From a virus: a stretch of DNA of 43,266 bases. Under the pieces are notes generated by a model. That model saw nothing but the letters and a program-made list of their open reading frames with translations. It did not search any database and was not told where the DNA came from. The first letter of the stretch is position 1, and every line of letters begins with the position of its first letter. The translations under genes and the position numbers were made by a program. Below, in pieces: positions 22,201 to 30,441 of this stretch. Location of the stretch: positions 1 to 43,266 of the IMG/VR virus record IMGVR_UViG_3300045988_018111. One strand, given 5' to 3'.

Positions 22201-25200
22201 TCCTGGTAGACGGCCTGGATGTCCTGGGCCGTCTGGCTGCTGATTTTGTACCCCTCCTTGGAGAAGGCCCGCATGATAGCGTCCACCGTCCTCTTGCCCT
22301 TGGACGTTTCCATCAGGATGCTGCCGATGATGTCGCTCTCGACGAAGGAATTGTCGGAATGAGCCTTGTTTCCCTGCTTGATCTTCGTGATGATGCTGCC
22401 GATCTGGTCATCAATGGCCTGGAGCTTTGCTTCATACTCGGTCCCCTCGTCCATGCCCAGCCGCCCACTGTCCGCCTTGATCTCCTGGATGCTGCGGTAT
22501 TCCGGCGTCGCCACGGATTGCAGGGTCTTGGCGCTTGCGCCCCAGGTGCTGCCGCCGCGCTCCTCCTGGCCCTCCTTCATCGCCTTGACGATGTTCTCCA
22601 GGGTGTAGGCATAGTGGAGCTGCGAGAAACTGCGGAGATTGCCGGAGGGGGTGTAGGGGTCCTTGCCATTGTAGATGCCCGCCTCGCCCAGCAGGCCGTC
22701 CAGCTTCCCGGCAATCCACTCCTCAACGGCGTGGTCATCCACGGAGCTGCGCAGCGCGTCAGAGGTAGCCATCCGGTCAATTTCGCCCTTGGTCGCGCCG
22801 CCGTCCTGGTACATATCCCATGCGTGGTGAACGATGTCCTCCAGGGTGAAGATGGAAACGCCGTCCATGGAATTGTCGATGCGGTTCTGCCGTCTTTCGT
22901 TGATCTCCGCGTCGGTCCAATGCCTCTTGACGGCCATTCTGCGGAGCATGGGTTCGCCCTGTTCCCGGTAGTAGTCCCGGAGAATGTCGCGGATGACCTC
23001 GGCATTCTCGCCCAGGGCGTCCTTCACGCTCTCACCGGTCTCCAGGTTGGCCTCGATTTCAGCCAGCGTGTTCACGCCCAGGCGGTCAACCACCTTTTGC
23101 AGGGTGTCGTTACCGAACTTGTCCCACACCTTGTCCATCTTCACCGGCTCCAGACTCTTGCCCTGGTCTGCCAGATAGGCCGCCCGCACCGTGTCCGTGG
23201 AGGCCAGCTTCTCCGCCAGCTCTGCCGTGCTCCTGGTGCTGGTGTTGTCGATGCCCATAGAGCGCAGGGCGGCGCTGTTCCCGAAGATGCCCCCGGCCAC
23301 GGAGACATCCCCGGCCAGCCGGTGCAGCTCGTGCTCCACCTGGGATGCCTTTTTGCTGTTCACGGGGTAATCTACTCGCGGAGCTGTCGGCGTCCAGGCA
23401 TCGCCACCGTACACCTTGTTGGCGCGGAATAGCTGCGGGTCGATGGTGTCCTTGCTGAACACAAGGGAGATGGGGCCGTACTTGGTGTGCCCGTCCCTGG
23501 CTTTTACAATGGCGATAGAGGGCATGGGCAGGCCGCCCAGCTTCAGCGCGGACATGATGCTGGCCTCATCCTTGTTGTGGACGGCGATCAGTTTGTCAGT
23601 CTCTTCGACCGGCGTTTCCATGCTGAACTTCAGCTTGACATTTTGTACGCCACGAGATAGACTATCTACAGAAGCATTCCCTCGCAGAGCGCCGCTGTCC
23701 GCAGCGGAAGAGCCATTAATTTGGGGGATGCTTCTTTCTTGCATCTGCCCAATATTATAGATCATCTTACCGTCTGCGCTCTGCGCCGTCGATATCGTAA
23801 CCTTGTAATATTTCCCGTCAAAGTCTTTGAAAAACGCCGTGCGATAATTCCAACCGCTACTTGCCATGTCTCCATGTCGACTGTTATGATCTACAACGTT
23901 CCTGTCCCCCTTGACAGAAACCTGCGCCAACTCGTCAATATGCGATGCTGCATTTACTTTTCGCTCAAATGCCGCCTCGCTCATAGTACGCCCATCGCTG
24001 GTGTGGTTGTCGCTCAGTTTCCCTGCCGAGGTCGCAGTCAGAACCAATTCGTCGCCATCCGCGCCGATAAGCTTAACGTCTTGTCCACGGCGGATTTTCC
24101 CGTTAATATAGTCTTCCAGCTGTTCGCTCCAACTCTGCGGGTCATTTCCAAAAATGACCTGTCTGTCGGCGCGGACATACTTTTTGCCATCGGCAGCCTC
24201 TTCAATGCTCGCCCTGCCATTTATTTTGCTTGGCGGCGCACGCGTGCTTTCCTGCGCAACGGTTTCGCTCTCCACCTTGATATGCGCAAGAAGAAACGCT
24301 GCCGCATCGCTGATCTCACTGTCGGCGAAAATGTTCATATCGCCGAGGCTGTCGCAAACCACCTCTTCCCAAATTTCCTGCGCCGTCATTTCGGTGCCGG
24401 CATAAGCGTCTGCATACGCCGTGCAGAGGGAGTCGACCTCACCGCCGGTAAAGGTCTTATCGATGCGCGTGCGTACCTCGTTCAAATCGACTTCGCCCTT
24501 TGCGATCATATCATGTCCGGCCTCATGCCGCATGATCTGGTACGACGTAAATTCCGGATGATCCGCACGGATAAATACGCGGTCACCTGAAACGTAGCCG
24601 CGCACCTGGAACGTTTTCCCGCTCTTGTCACGGAACGTCAGATTATTTCCGGCAAAAAACGTCACGCGCAGGCCGCGCTCTTTGGCGAGGTCCTTCGCCT
24701 TGCGCATTTCCGCCGTCTCGTTCTTCACAAGATAGACGCTGTCATTGAATGCGCCTCTGCCGATGCCGAAGCTCGCAGTGCTTACTTTTTCTCCATAATC
24801 GAGCGAAGCTGCTTCGCTGTCTGCGAAGTGTCGCCCTTCCTTCCGGCCCGGATTTCGTCCTGCGCCTTCTTCCACGCCTCGTACTTCTCCGCGGGGATCC
24901 GCACCGTTATCCCGTTCGCTGCCGTTGCGTAAATGTACTGCTTCTCCATGTTCGGCTCCTTCCTGCTGCGCATATTCTGTGCGCAGCTCATCCATTGTCA
25001 CATCTCCTGTCTCGAGGGCAAGGCGGTTGTCAGTTACATACTTGTCAAAGCCGGTCGCCTGCACCTCTGCGCCTGCGATCTGCTGCTTTGCTGCAATATA
25101 ATCCGTATTGGGGGCAACCGCCGTTCCATCAACAGCAGTGTACCCATTCGTCAGCATGTCGTCAAGAACGATCTCGAGCGTTTTCGCCGCTTTGACATTC

Positions 25201-26957
25201 TCCTGTCCATTATCGTTGATGATGCGCTGCGCTGCATCAATGATTTGCGTGCGCGTCAGGCCCTCGTTCATCGCCTTGCGCATGGCGGGGGTCTCGAATA
25301 TCTGATTGTTTCTCTGGTATCCGTTTGCCGTCCGCTGCCGCGCGCCCTTCTGCTGTCCGCGCGAAAGGCTTATATCAGCGATACCGGCGATCTGCTCTGC
25401 CGCCGTACTGTAATAACCGTGCAGCTCGGGGTGGTCAAACTGGAAAGCGTTTACATTTCTGCTCGATACATTTTCCTTCGTGCGGCTGTCAATATGCTCG
25501 CCCGTTCCTGCCTCTTTCTTCGCGTCGTTCTGCCCCGCGACATAGCCTGCATAGGCCGTCTCATTCGTCGGGTTCGGGTTCGCCTTTCCCTCCACGCCCG
25601 CATTGTAGGCAGGGATAAAGTCCTTCACGTGCTGTGCCGTGTCCTTGCCCTCCTGATACGAGCCGCGAATCGCTTTTCGCCCGCTCTCACCCAGGGAGTT
25701 ATCAAAGCGCGCGAATCGGTTTGCCGCAGCTTCCACGCCGCCACCAATACCGCCGAGAATGCCGCCAACAAGGAAGTCATTCAGAACCTCCGCCGCTTCC
25801 AGCTCGCTGTAACTCCCACCGAGCGTCTTGCCGTTGTAGATCATCTGCAGCGCGGGCTGGACAAGATCCTCGATCACTTCCTCGCCGCCCTCTTCAATGA
25901 ACGACAGCGCGATCTTGCCCGCCGCGCTGTTATTGAGCCCCGACATCGTGCGCTCGATGACGCTATCTAAGAAGCCCCTGCCGAACATTTTCTTGAACGG
26001 CGCTGCCGCGTTGCCGATCTTCTCGGTTGCCACGCTAAGTGCGCCGCTTGCAAAGCCATAGTTGACCTGCTGCTCGTGCGTTGCGCCCTGTCTGCGTGCT
26101 TCCTGCGCGCTTCCGCCCGTACTGCGGACAAACATCGCAGGGAGTGCACTGCCACCCGTCAGAAGCCCGAGAGCCGCGTCCATGCCCATCTGCGCGCCCG
26201 CCACGCCAACGTCGACTGCAAGCCGCCCCGCGCCGCCAAGATCGCGCTTTGCCTTGCTGATGTCCTTTGCGCCGCTGTCGGCGAGTCGGTCGGCGGCCTT
26301 GTAGATGTTGCCCGCCGTGCGCTCCACCTCGCCGCCCTCGCCGTAAGCTTTTAGGTATGCGGCTTTCCGCGCTTCCAGTGCCGCAATGACATTTCGAGCA
26401 GTGTCGCGCTCGCTTTCGGTGCTGCTGGGGTCTGCAAGCACGTCCCGCTGTGCCTTGATATCCTGATCCCACAGGGCAATTTCGGTGTTTGCTTCCTCGC
26501 GTCGCTGCAATCCGCTGCCGGTCTGCGCCATACCGGTAAGGTTGACGAGCCCCGCGCCATAGGTTTTCGCCGCGCCCTTGACGGTGTTGCCGACGCGCTG
26601 CGCGACCGTGGGGGCTTTTACCTCCTGCACGTGCTGTTCGAACGCTTCTTTGCTCTGGTAGTTCTTCGCGTCCTTCTTCTGTAAGGCCCCCTGCGCAAGA
26701 TTCTGCGCAAGCGCGCTTTGATTTTTTGGCGTCACGACATTCTGCCGCGTGCGGAACATGGGGCTGCTCGACTTTGCGGGAATCGTTGCCGCCTTGCTCG
26801 GTTGCACTGTCGGCTTCTTCTGCACCACATTGCCCGTAGGGGATGTGCGCTTCACATCCCCCGTTCTCACAAGCCTGCCGTGCGTGCCGGTTCCAACAAC
26901 CGTCGTCTGGCCCTTGCTCGCTTCCACTTCCGGATTCGCTTTTACTAATCGTCCCAT
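19275..26957 (-). CDS. Giant 2560-aa virion-associated polyvalent-type protein with zincin HEXXH motif
   Basis: Single open frame, GAGGAGGG SD. Hydrophobic Gly-zipper segments (LAVDVGVAGAQMGMDAALGLLTGG; FLVGGILGGIGGGV). IMRHEAGHDM at aa 809..818 (HEAGH at 24513..24527). Late TM-like LTGTGLMMLGLYMA. Its position between tail genes and lysis is typical of ejection/internal proteins. Confidence 0.7.
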   Translation of the reverse strand: MGRLVKANPEVEASKGQTTVVGTGTHGRLVRTGDVKRTSPTGNVVQKKPTVQPSKAATIPAKSSSPMFRTRQNVVTPKNQSALAQNLAQGALQKKDAKNYQSKEAFEQHVQEVKAPTVAQRVGNTVKGAAKTYGAGLVNLTGMAQTGSGLQRREEANTEIALWDQDIKAQRDVLADPSSTESERDTARNVIAALEARKAAYLKAYGEGGEVERTAGNIYKAADRLADSGAKDISKAKRDLGGAGRLAVDVGVAGAQMGMDAALGLLTGGSALPAMFVRSTGGSAQEARRQGATHEQQVNYGFASGALSVATEKIGNAAAPFKKMFGRGFLDSVIERTMSGLNNSAAGKIALSFIEEGGEEVIEDLVQPALQMIYNGKTLGGSYSELEAAEVLNDFLVGGILGGIGGGVEAAANRFARFDNSLGESGRKAIRGSYQEGKDTAQHVKDFIPAYNAGVEGKANPNPTNETAYAGYVAGQNDAKKEAGTGEHIDSRTKENVSSRNVNAFQFDHPELHGYYSTAAEQIAGIADISLSRGQQKGARQRTANGYQRNNQIFETPAMRKAMNEGLTRTQIIDAAQRIINDNGQENVKAAKTLEIVLDDMLTNGYTAVDGTAVAPNTDYIAAKQQIAGAEVQATGFDKYVTDNRLALETGDVTMDELRTEYAQQEGAEHGEAVHLRNGSERDNGADPRGEVRGVEEGAGRNPGRKEGRHFADSEAASLDYGEKVSTASFGIGRGAFNDSVYLVKNETAEMRKAKDLAKERGLRVTFFAGNNLTFRDKSGKTFQVRGYVSGDRVFIRADHPEFTSYQIMRHEAGHDMIAKGEVDLNEVRTRIDKTFTGGEVDSLCTAYADAYAGTEMTAQEIWEEVVCDSLGDMNIFADSEISDAAAFLLAHIKVESETVAQESTRAPPSKINGRASIEEAADGKKYVRADRQVIFGNDPQSWSEQLEDYINGKIRRGQDVKLIGADGDELVLTATSAGKLSDNHTSDGRTMSEAAFERKVNAASHIDELAQVSVKGDRNVVDHNSRHGDMASSGWNYRTAFFKDFDGKYYKVTISTAQSADGKMIYNIGQMQERSIPQINGSSAADSGALRGNASVDSLSRGVQNVKLKFSMETPVEETDKLIAVHNKDEASIMSALKLGGLPMPSIAIVKARDGHTKYGPISLVFSKDTIDPQLFRANKVYGGDAWTPTAPRVDYPVNSKKASQVEHELHRLAGDVSVAGGIFGNSAALRSMGIDNTSTRSTAELAEKLASTDTVRAAYLADQGKSLEPVKMDKVWDKFGNDTLQKVVDRLGVNTLAEIEANLETGESVKDALGENAEVIRDILRDYYREQGEPMLRRMAVKRHWTDAEINERRQNRIDNSMDGVSIFTLEDIVHHAWDMYQDGGATKGEIDRMATSDALRSSVDDHAVEEWIAGKLDGLLGEAGIYNGKDPYTPSGNLRSFSQLHYAYTLENIVKAMKEGQEERGGSTWGASAKTLQSVATPEYRSIQEIKADSGRLGMDEGTEYEAKLQAIDDQIGSIITKIKQGNKAHSDNSFVESDIIGSILMETSKGKRTVDAIMRAFSKEGYKISSQTAQDIQAVYQEAAEMPTGYFEAKPQRAVGFDEVLAAVIPDNSSDRLKAALQDAGVNTVEYIAGDEADRLAKVNSVNDAAFSREIPEANYETLKKKYGYIPAGERAYREVQVPKKTADDKYVSRTIRTVLEAKATPDAMVPTLERMVAKGDFSYDRYTDKQSISDAESRIKTEGWQKTLNKWKNSTKEGISKENTAIGWALYNNAANSGDVETAIDVLDTIVKRQRNAAQALQATRLLKQQDPGTQLYAAQRSVENLTEDLKKQYGEKAPDLEIDRDLAEKFLNAKDDDARTEAMKEIYRDIGRQMPSRFIDKWNAWRYFSMLGNPRTHVRNIVGNVGFVPAVTVKNVIGAGIESAANAVSGGKVGRTKAILTTKDAGLIKAAWSDYANIREQALGSGKYNDNVNVRQEIEEGRTIFKPKLLEAMRKSNSTALDAEDAWFSKPHYAAALAQFCKANGITAEQVAGGKGIEAAREYAIREAQKATYRDTNAFSQMISDLGRYRGDNKMKRLGSTLAEGILPFRKTPANILVRGVEYSPIGFLKSISYDLVQVQKGNMQATEMIDRAAAGLTGTGLMMLGLYMAKEGILRGSGGDDEKKKKFDELQGHQEYAMELPNGTSITLDWLAPEALPFFVGANLYEQMQANNGYLTMSDMLQAASNVTDPLLSMSCLQSLNDVFDAVGYASSGDTNALTSAVASAATSYLTQGIPTVFGQAERTGESERMTTYTDKNKFLTPDMQYALGKASARIPGVDYGQIPFIDAWGRTESSGGVIARAFNNFANPAYTSKVSGSKMEDELSRLYEATGEAKVLPQRAPKSFTVNKENKQLTGEEYVKYATKRGQTSYKIVSELTGLASYKSMSDGDKADAVAKAYEYANIVGKMSVSNYQTDGWAAKAIDTVKKTGVSEAQYIALYLAKGGIESLKDKNGDTISNSEGLQIMELVYQQKGLSDKQRAALFEDFGVGKSIRHWNRARVDEQLAIMRKKAA
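24782..24949 (-). CDS. Embedded +1-frame ORF (55 aa) inside the giant gene
   Basis: AGGAAGGAG lies 6 nt before ATG 24949. MEKQYIYATAANGITVRIPAEKYEAWKKAQDEIRAGRKGDTSQTAKQLRSIMEKK. Third codon positions are strongly G/C as in real genes here, whereas the giant frame over the same bases is A/T at third positions and R/G/E low-complexity. Confidence 0.45.
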   Translation of the reverse strand: MEKQYIYATAANGITVRIPAEKYEAWKKAQDEIRAGRKGDTSQTAKQLRSIMEKK

Positions 26958-28187
26958 TTAGCCCTCCTCGTAGGAATAGCCGTACTGCGTCAGCAGCTTC
27001 TGCATTTCTGCCTTCTGATCACTCGTCATCAGCGGCCATGCCTTGTCGAGCGTCGAAAGGATACGCTCGCCTTCACCGTTTTTCAGCGACGTGTTGAATC
27101 CGCTCAGTAGAGCAATAAACTGACCCTGCGGCAGTGTCTTGCCGCTGCTGCCGCTTCCGCTGCCGCCGCCCTGCCCCTCGAGCCAGCTCTCATAATCGTC
27201 ATACAAACTGCTTGAAGAGGAAAAGCCGTACTTCTTATAGTTGTTGGAGATAAAGCTCTTGGGATAGCCGCTTGCCTGCGCCGCTGCGAACAAGCCATCA
27301 TAATCCGCCTCGCCGCCGCCCGTAGGCGTGGTGATGACGCGGGTATTTCTTCTCGCGGCCTGCTGCGCGGCCTGCTGCAATTTATACTGCCATTCCGCAT
27401 TATAGCGTGCGTCCTCGATGGCGTCGCGTTCCTTCTGGTAGTCATAGTTCAGCTTGTCCTGCTGCTTCTGATACGCCAGCGCATCCGCCGTCTGCTGGTC
27501 GCCCACCTGATCACGCGCGAGCTGATAGAGGTAGTTTCGGTCAGCCATCCAGCGGTTGTAGTTGTTGTCCTCAAGGCCGATGAGCGTATTCAGGTCGGCG
27601 CGGTCGCCGCTCAATTTATCCTGATACATGCTATAGGCAAGCTGCTGTAATTCGGGGATCTTGTCCGTCATCTGGCTCATCTGGTAGTCGCTCGCCTGTT
27701 GGCTCGCTGCCACCGCCGCCGTGGACGGCATCCCCCCCGTCATCACTGCCGCCTTGCCGAGCACATCCTCAGCGCTGCGGTCTGCCTCGCGCGTGTACTG
27801 CTTGCGATACTGCTGATAGAGCGGGTCGCTCGCCGCGTCGTAGGAAAACGGCGTGCGATTCAGCAGCGCGTCGAGCTTTGCACTGATCTGTCCGCTCTGG
27901 TCGTAGTTGTAGCTGCTGTCGCCCAGCTTATCGAGCCAGCTTGTGTCAGCCTTTGCAGGGCTCGCGCCCGTGCCGAGTTTGATGTACTCGCTGCCGTCCA
28001 CGCCGCCGGAATAGTCGTACTTCGCGCGGATTTTCTCCGCTGCGTCGTGCGCCGCCTGCTGGCCCGCCTTGTCTCCCTCGGCATAGGCCTTGTTGTAGGC
28101 CTCTGTATACTGCCGGATGAGATCAAGGTCGCCCGAATCGTTGATGAGCGTCAGGTCTGTATTCTTGTGTTTGAAATTATCTGCCAT
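26958..28187 (-). CDS. Virion internal/tail-associated protein (409 aa), Q/A/Y-rich
   Basis: ORF track. GTGAGGGGA SD. No recognisable motif. Directly precedes the giant gene. Confidence 0.6.
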   Translation of the reverse strand: MADNFKHKNTDLTLINDSGDLDLIRQYTEAYNKAYAEGDKAGQQAAHDAAEKIRAKYDYSGGVDGSEYIKLGTGASPAKADTSWLDKLGDSSYNYDQSGQISAKLDALLNRTPFSYDAASDPLYQQYRKQYTREADRSAEDVLGKAAVMTGGMPSTAAVAASQQASDYQMSQMTDKIPELQQLAYSMYQDKLSGDRADLNTLIGLEDNNYNRWMADRNYLYQLARDQVGDQQTADALAYQKQQDKLNYDYQKERDAIEDARYNAEWQYKLQQAAQQAARRNTRVITTPTGGGEADYDGLFAAAQASGYPKSFISNNYKKYGFSSSSSLYDDYESWLEGQGGGSGSGSSGKTLPQGQFIALLSGFNTSLKNGEGERILSTLDKAWPLMTSDQKAEMQKLLTQYGYSYEEG

Positions 28188-28194
28188 TGTCCCC

Positions 28195-29781
28195 TCACTT
28201 TCTGCCGCCCGTCACGTATTCGTACTCGAGCGCATAGAGCCGGTATTCTCCTGTGGCTTTGATTTTTAATCTAAAGTGGTCGCAGCGGCGGATCGGGCAG
28301 TTGAGCGTGAAAACGTCTTTCTCCTGTGCCCCGCAGCGGTCGACCTCTTCCCACGCGCCGTCGTCGAACTTGACAAGGAACACGACCGTTGCACCCTTCT
28401 CGCATTCCAGCCGCGCCCGCACACGCTGCACGTGCTTCGCGTCAAACGATCCGCCGTCGTAGTCGGCAAACTCCGCCTCGCTGCTGACGGCTCCCTCGCG
28501 TGTTGCGCCGGTCGGGATATCTGCCGGATTCCCCAGCAGCACGCACCCACCGTCTACTAAGGCCATGATACCGCCCGAATAGGCCATTTGCACCACGGCA
28601 AGCGTATCTTCCTTATGCCACACGCCGTTTTCGCTGCTGTAGCAGTACAGCGCCGCCTTGCCATCCTCTTTCAGGCTCACGTAGTAGTTGAGGCCGTCGC
28701 TTCCTCCCACCGCGTCAGAGAGGCGCGCATCGTCGCCCAGCGTGCGGGAGATACAGCGCGGCATGCCGCCGCTGTACGCCATGATGCCGACCTTTGAGAG
28801 GTAATAGAGCGTTTCCCCCGCCACGGCGAGGCTCTTGTGGTTTCCCTTCATCACACCGAGCACAGCACTTGACATGAGTTGGAAGTTTGTCGGAATCGTG
28901 CCGTACATCTTGAAAATTTTGTCTTCTTTGAAAAAGCACGGGTAACCAAGGTAGCTCACGCACGCCGTGAATGCTCCCGCCGTGCCGCTCTCCACGCTGA
29001 ACGCATCCGTGGATAGTCCGTCAAACACGTTCCAGTTGTACGGGTCGCCGAGCTTTGAAGCAAAGATGCTGTCGCCCTTGCAGCCCCACACGCGGTTCTC
29101 GTTCGTGCAGACAAAATCCATGTCGGGAACGCTGCGCTTGAGCGTGACTGTTCCGGGCTCCGTGATGCTTTCCTGCCCATCGGGCAGGCGGAAAGTGTTT
29201 TCATAAAAGCGCAGCGTCTTTTTGTCTTCGCTGATCTCTCGGATGATGGGCGTGCGGTTGTTGTAGGTCTCCTTTGTACAGCCCGAGATCGTCACGGCGT
29301 CGCCCACGTTGAATGGGAACGCCGCGCCGGTCGTCGTGATGCTGTTTGCCGCCGCCTTTTCGTCGGCATACGTACCATTCCCGAATTTCAGCCCCGCCGC
29401 GGCGTAGCTCGCCTCCATCGGCTTGATCGTGCCGTCCTTTTCACACACGATCTTGTCGGGGAAGATGAGCACGCGCTCGCCCAGTGCACAGAAAGTCTTT
29501 TCGCTGTCTGCGACCGTCGACTTCTCCTCGCCGTTGACGTAGAGCTTCGTTCCGTATACCTCGTAGAGCTTTCCTGCACTGAAAATGCCGTTTGCCGTCC
29601 CCATATCCTTGCGGACGGTATAGCGCCTCGCACGGGGGGAAAGAAGCGGGAAGTATCGCGCCGACAGGTTCTTCATGTCGTAGAGCTCGCCGCCCGCCGC
29701 ACCGAACGTGTGGTTGATGCCTCCGAATTTCTCTTGCTGCACGCGCCGGTTCGTATATGCCGTGATATCAGGCAGTCTCAT
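28195..29781 (-). CDS. Tail hub/nozzle-type structural protein candidate (528 aa)
   Basis: ORF track. Beta-rich repetitive sequence. The functional call rests on position only. Confidence 0.5.
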   Translation of the reverse strand: MRLPDITAYTNRRVQQEKFGGINHTFGAAGGELYDMKNLSARYFPLLSPRARRYTVRKDMGTANGIFSAGKLYEVYGTKLYVNGEEKSTVADSEKTFCALGERVLIFPDKIVCEKDGTIKPMEASYAAAGLKFGNGTYADEKAAANSITTTGAAFPFNVGDAVTISGCTKETYNNRTPIIREISEDKKTLRFYENTFRLPDGQESITEPGTVTLKRSVPDMDFVCTNENRVWGCKGDSIFASKLGDPYNWNVFDGLSTDAFSVESGTAGAFTACVSYLGYPCFFKEDKIFKMYGTIPTNFQLMSSAVLGVMKGNHKSLAVAGETLYYLSKVGIMAYSGGMPRCISRTLGDDARLSDAVGGSDGLNYYVSLKEDGKAALYCYSSENGVWHKEDTLAVVQMAYSGGIMALVDGGCVLLGNPADIPTGATREGAVSSEAEFADYDGGSFDAKHVQRVRARLECEKGATVVFLVKFDDGAWEEVDRCGAQEKDVFTLNCPIRRCDHFRLKIKATGEYRLYALEYEYVTGGRK

Positions 29782-29953
29782 CCGGGCCCTCGCTTTCTTT
29801 CTTCTCTGGCGCTTCCGTGCCGTCGCAGATCATCGCGATATTGCGAAGCGACTGCCGCACCGCCGCCACCACGTCCACCGCGTCGCCGTTGACGTTCAAA
29901 ATGCCGATCAGGCGCATCGCGTGCGCCGCTTCCTGCTTGATCTTTTCATTCAT
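29768..29953 (-). CDS. Small structural-module protein (61 aa)
   Basis: Start trimmed to ATG 29953 (TGGAGGTAAAG SD). The track extension overlaps the upstream gene. Confidence 0.5.
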   Translation of the reverse strand: MNEKIKQEAAHAMRLIGILNVNGDAVDVVAAVRQSLRNIAMICDGTEAPEKKESEGPDETA

Positions 29954-29958
29954 GCTCT

Positions 29959-30438
29959 TTACCTCCAATCGGGTTGCGAATAGCTCCCGTAATTGTTGAC
30001 CGGTCGAACCGATAGCCAATTTGTGTTGTAATACGTCCCAATGTTGACGATCGCGCGGTATCTCTTCCAGTTCGGATAGGCATACGTCCCGACGTTGATG
30101 ACCGCCTTCGCACTGCCTCCGCTGCCGCCGCCGCTGTATGTCGTGGCTGTGCCGGAATCGCTGTAATCTGAGACGATCCACGATCCGCCCCAGTAGTACA
30201 TGTTGCATATCCACTCGTATGTCGTGCCCGGTGTGAGCCCTGTGATCGTGCCGACAAAGGTGCTCGTACCACCGCCGACCTCGCTCGAATCGAACGAGAA
30301 CGTCCCGACGCCCGTGATGCGGATGTCGATTGAGCGCTTATACGTGTAATCCGACGCGCCGCCAGTAAACCGTGCGTAGACGCTGAGCTGTGTCCCGTCT
30401 CCGTCGACCGGCGACAGCGTACAATAAAAGCTCTCCAT
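29959..30438 (-). CDS. Tail protein with FN3-like N-terminal domain (paralog of the 32599..33726 N-terminus)
   Basis: FTGGASDYTYKRSIDIRITGVGTFSFDSSEVGGGTSTFVGTITGLTPGTTYEW aligns with FSGGSSSYKGQRRMDVAVSGVGTFSALSPETSGGENTFSLDITGLTPGTTYNW. Confidence 0.6.
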   Translation of the reverse strand: MESFYCTLSPVDGDGTQLSVYARFTGGASDYTYKRSIDIRITGVGTFSFDSSEVGGGTSTFVGTITGLTPGTTYEWICNMYYWGGSWIVSDYSDSGTATTYSGGGSGGSAKAVINVGTYAYPNWKRYRAIVNIGTYYNTNWLSVRPVNNYGSYSQPDWR

Positions 30439-30441
30439 GCC

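Noticed and set aside
20753-26472. Other same-strand alternative-frame ORFs inside the giant gene (20753..21082, 22432..22719, 22577..23005, 24038..24220, 25967..26155, 26035..26472)
   Set aside because: They are Arg/Ser/Pro-rich with no SD, and the giant frame is clearly coding over them. Only 24782..24949 differs and is reported separately.
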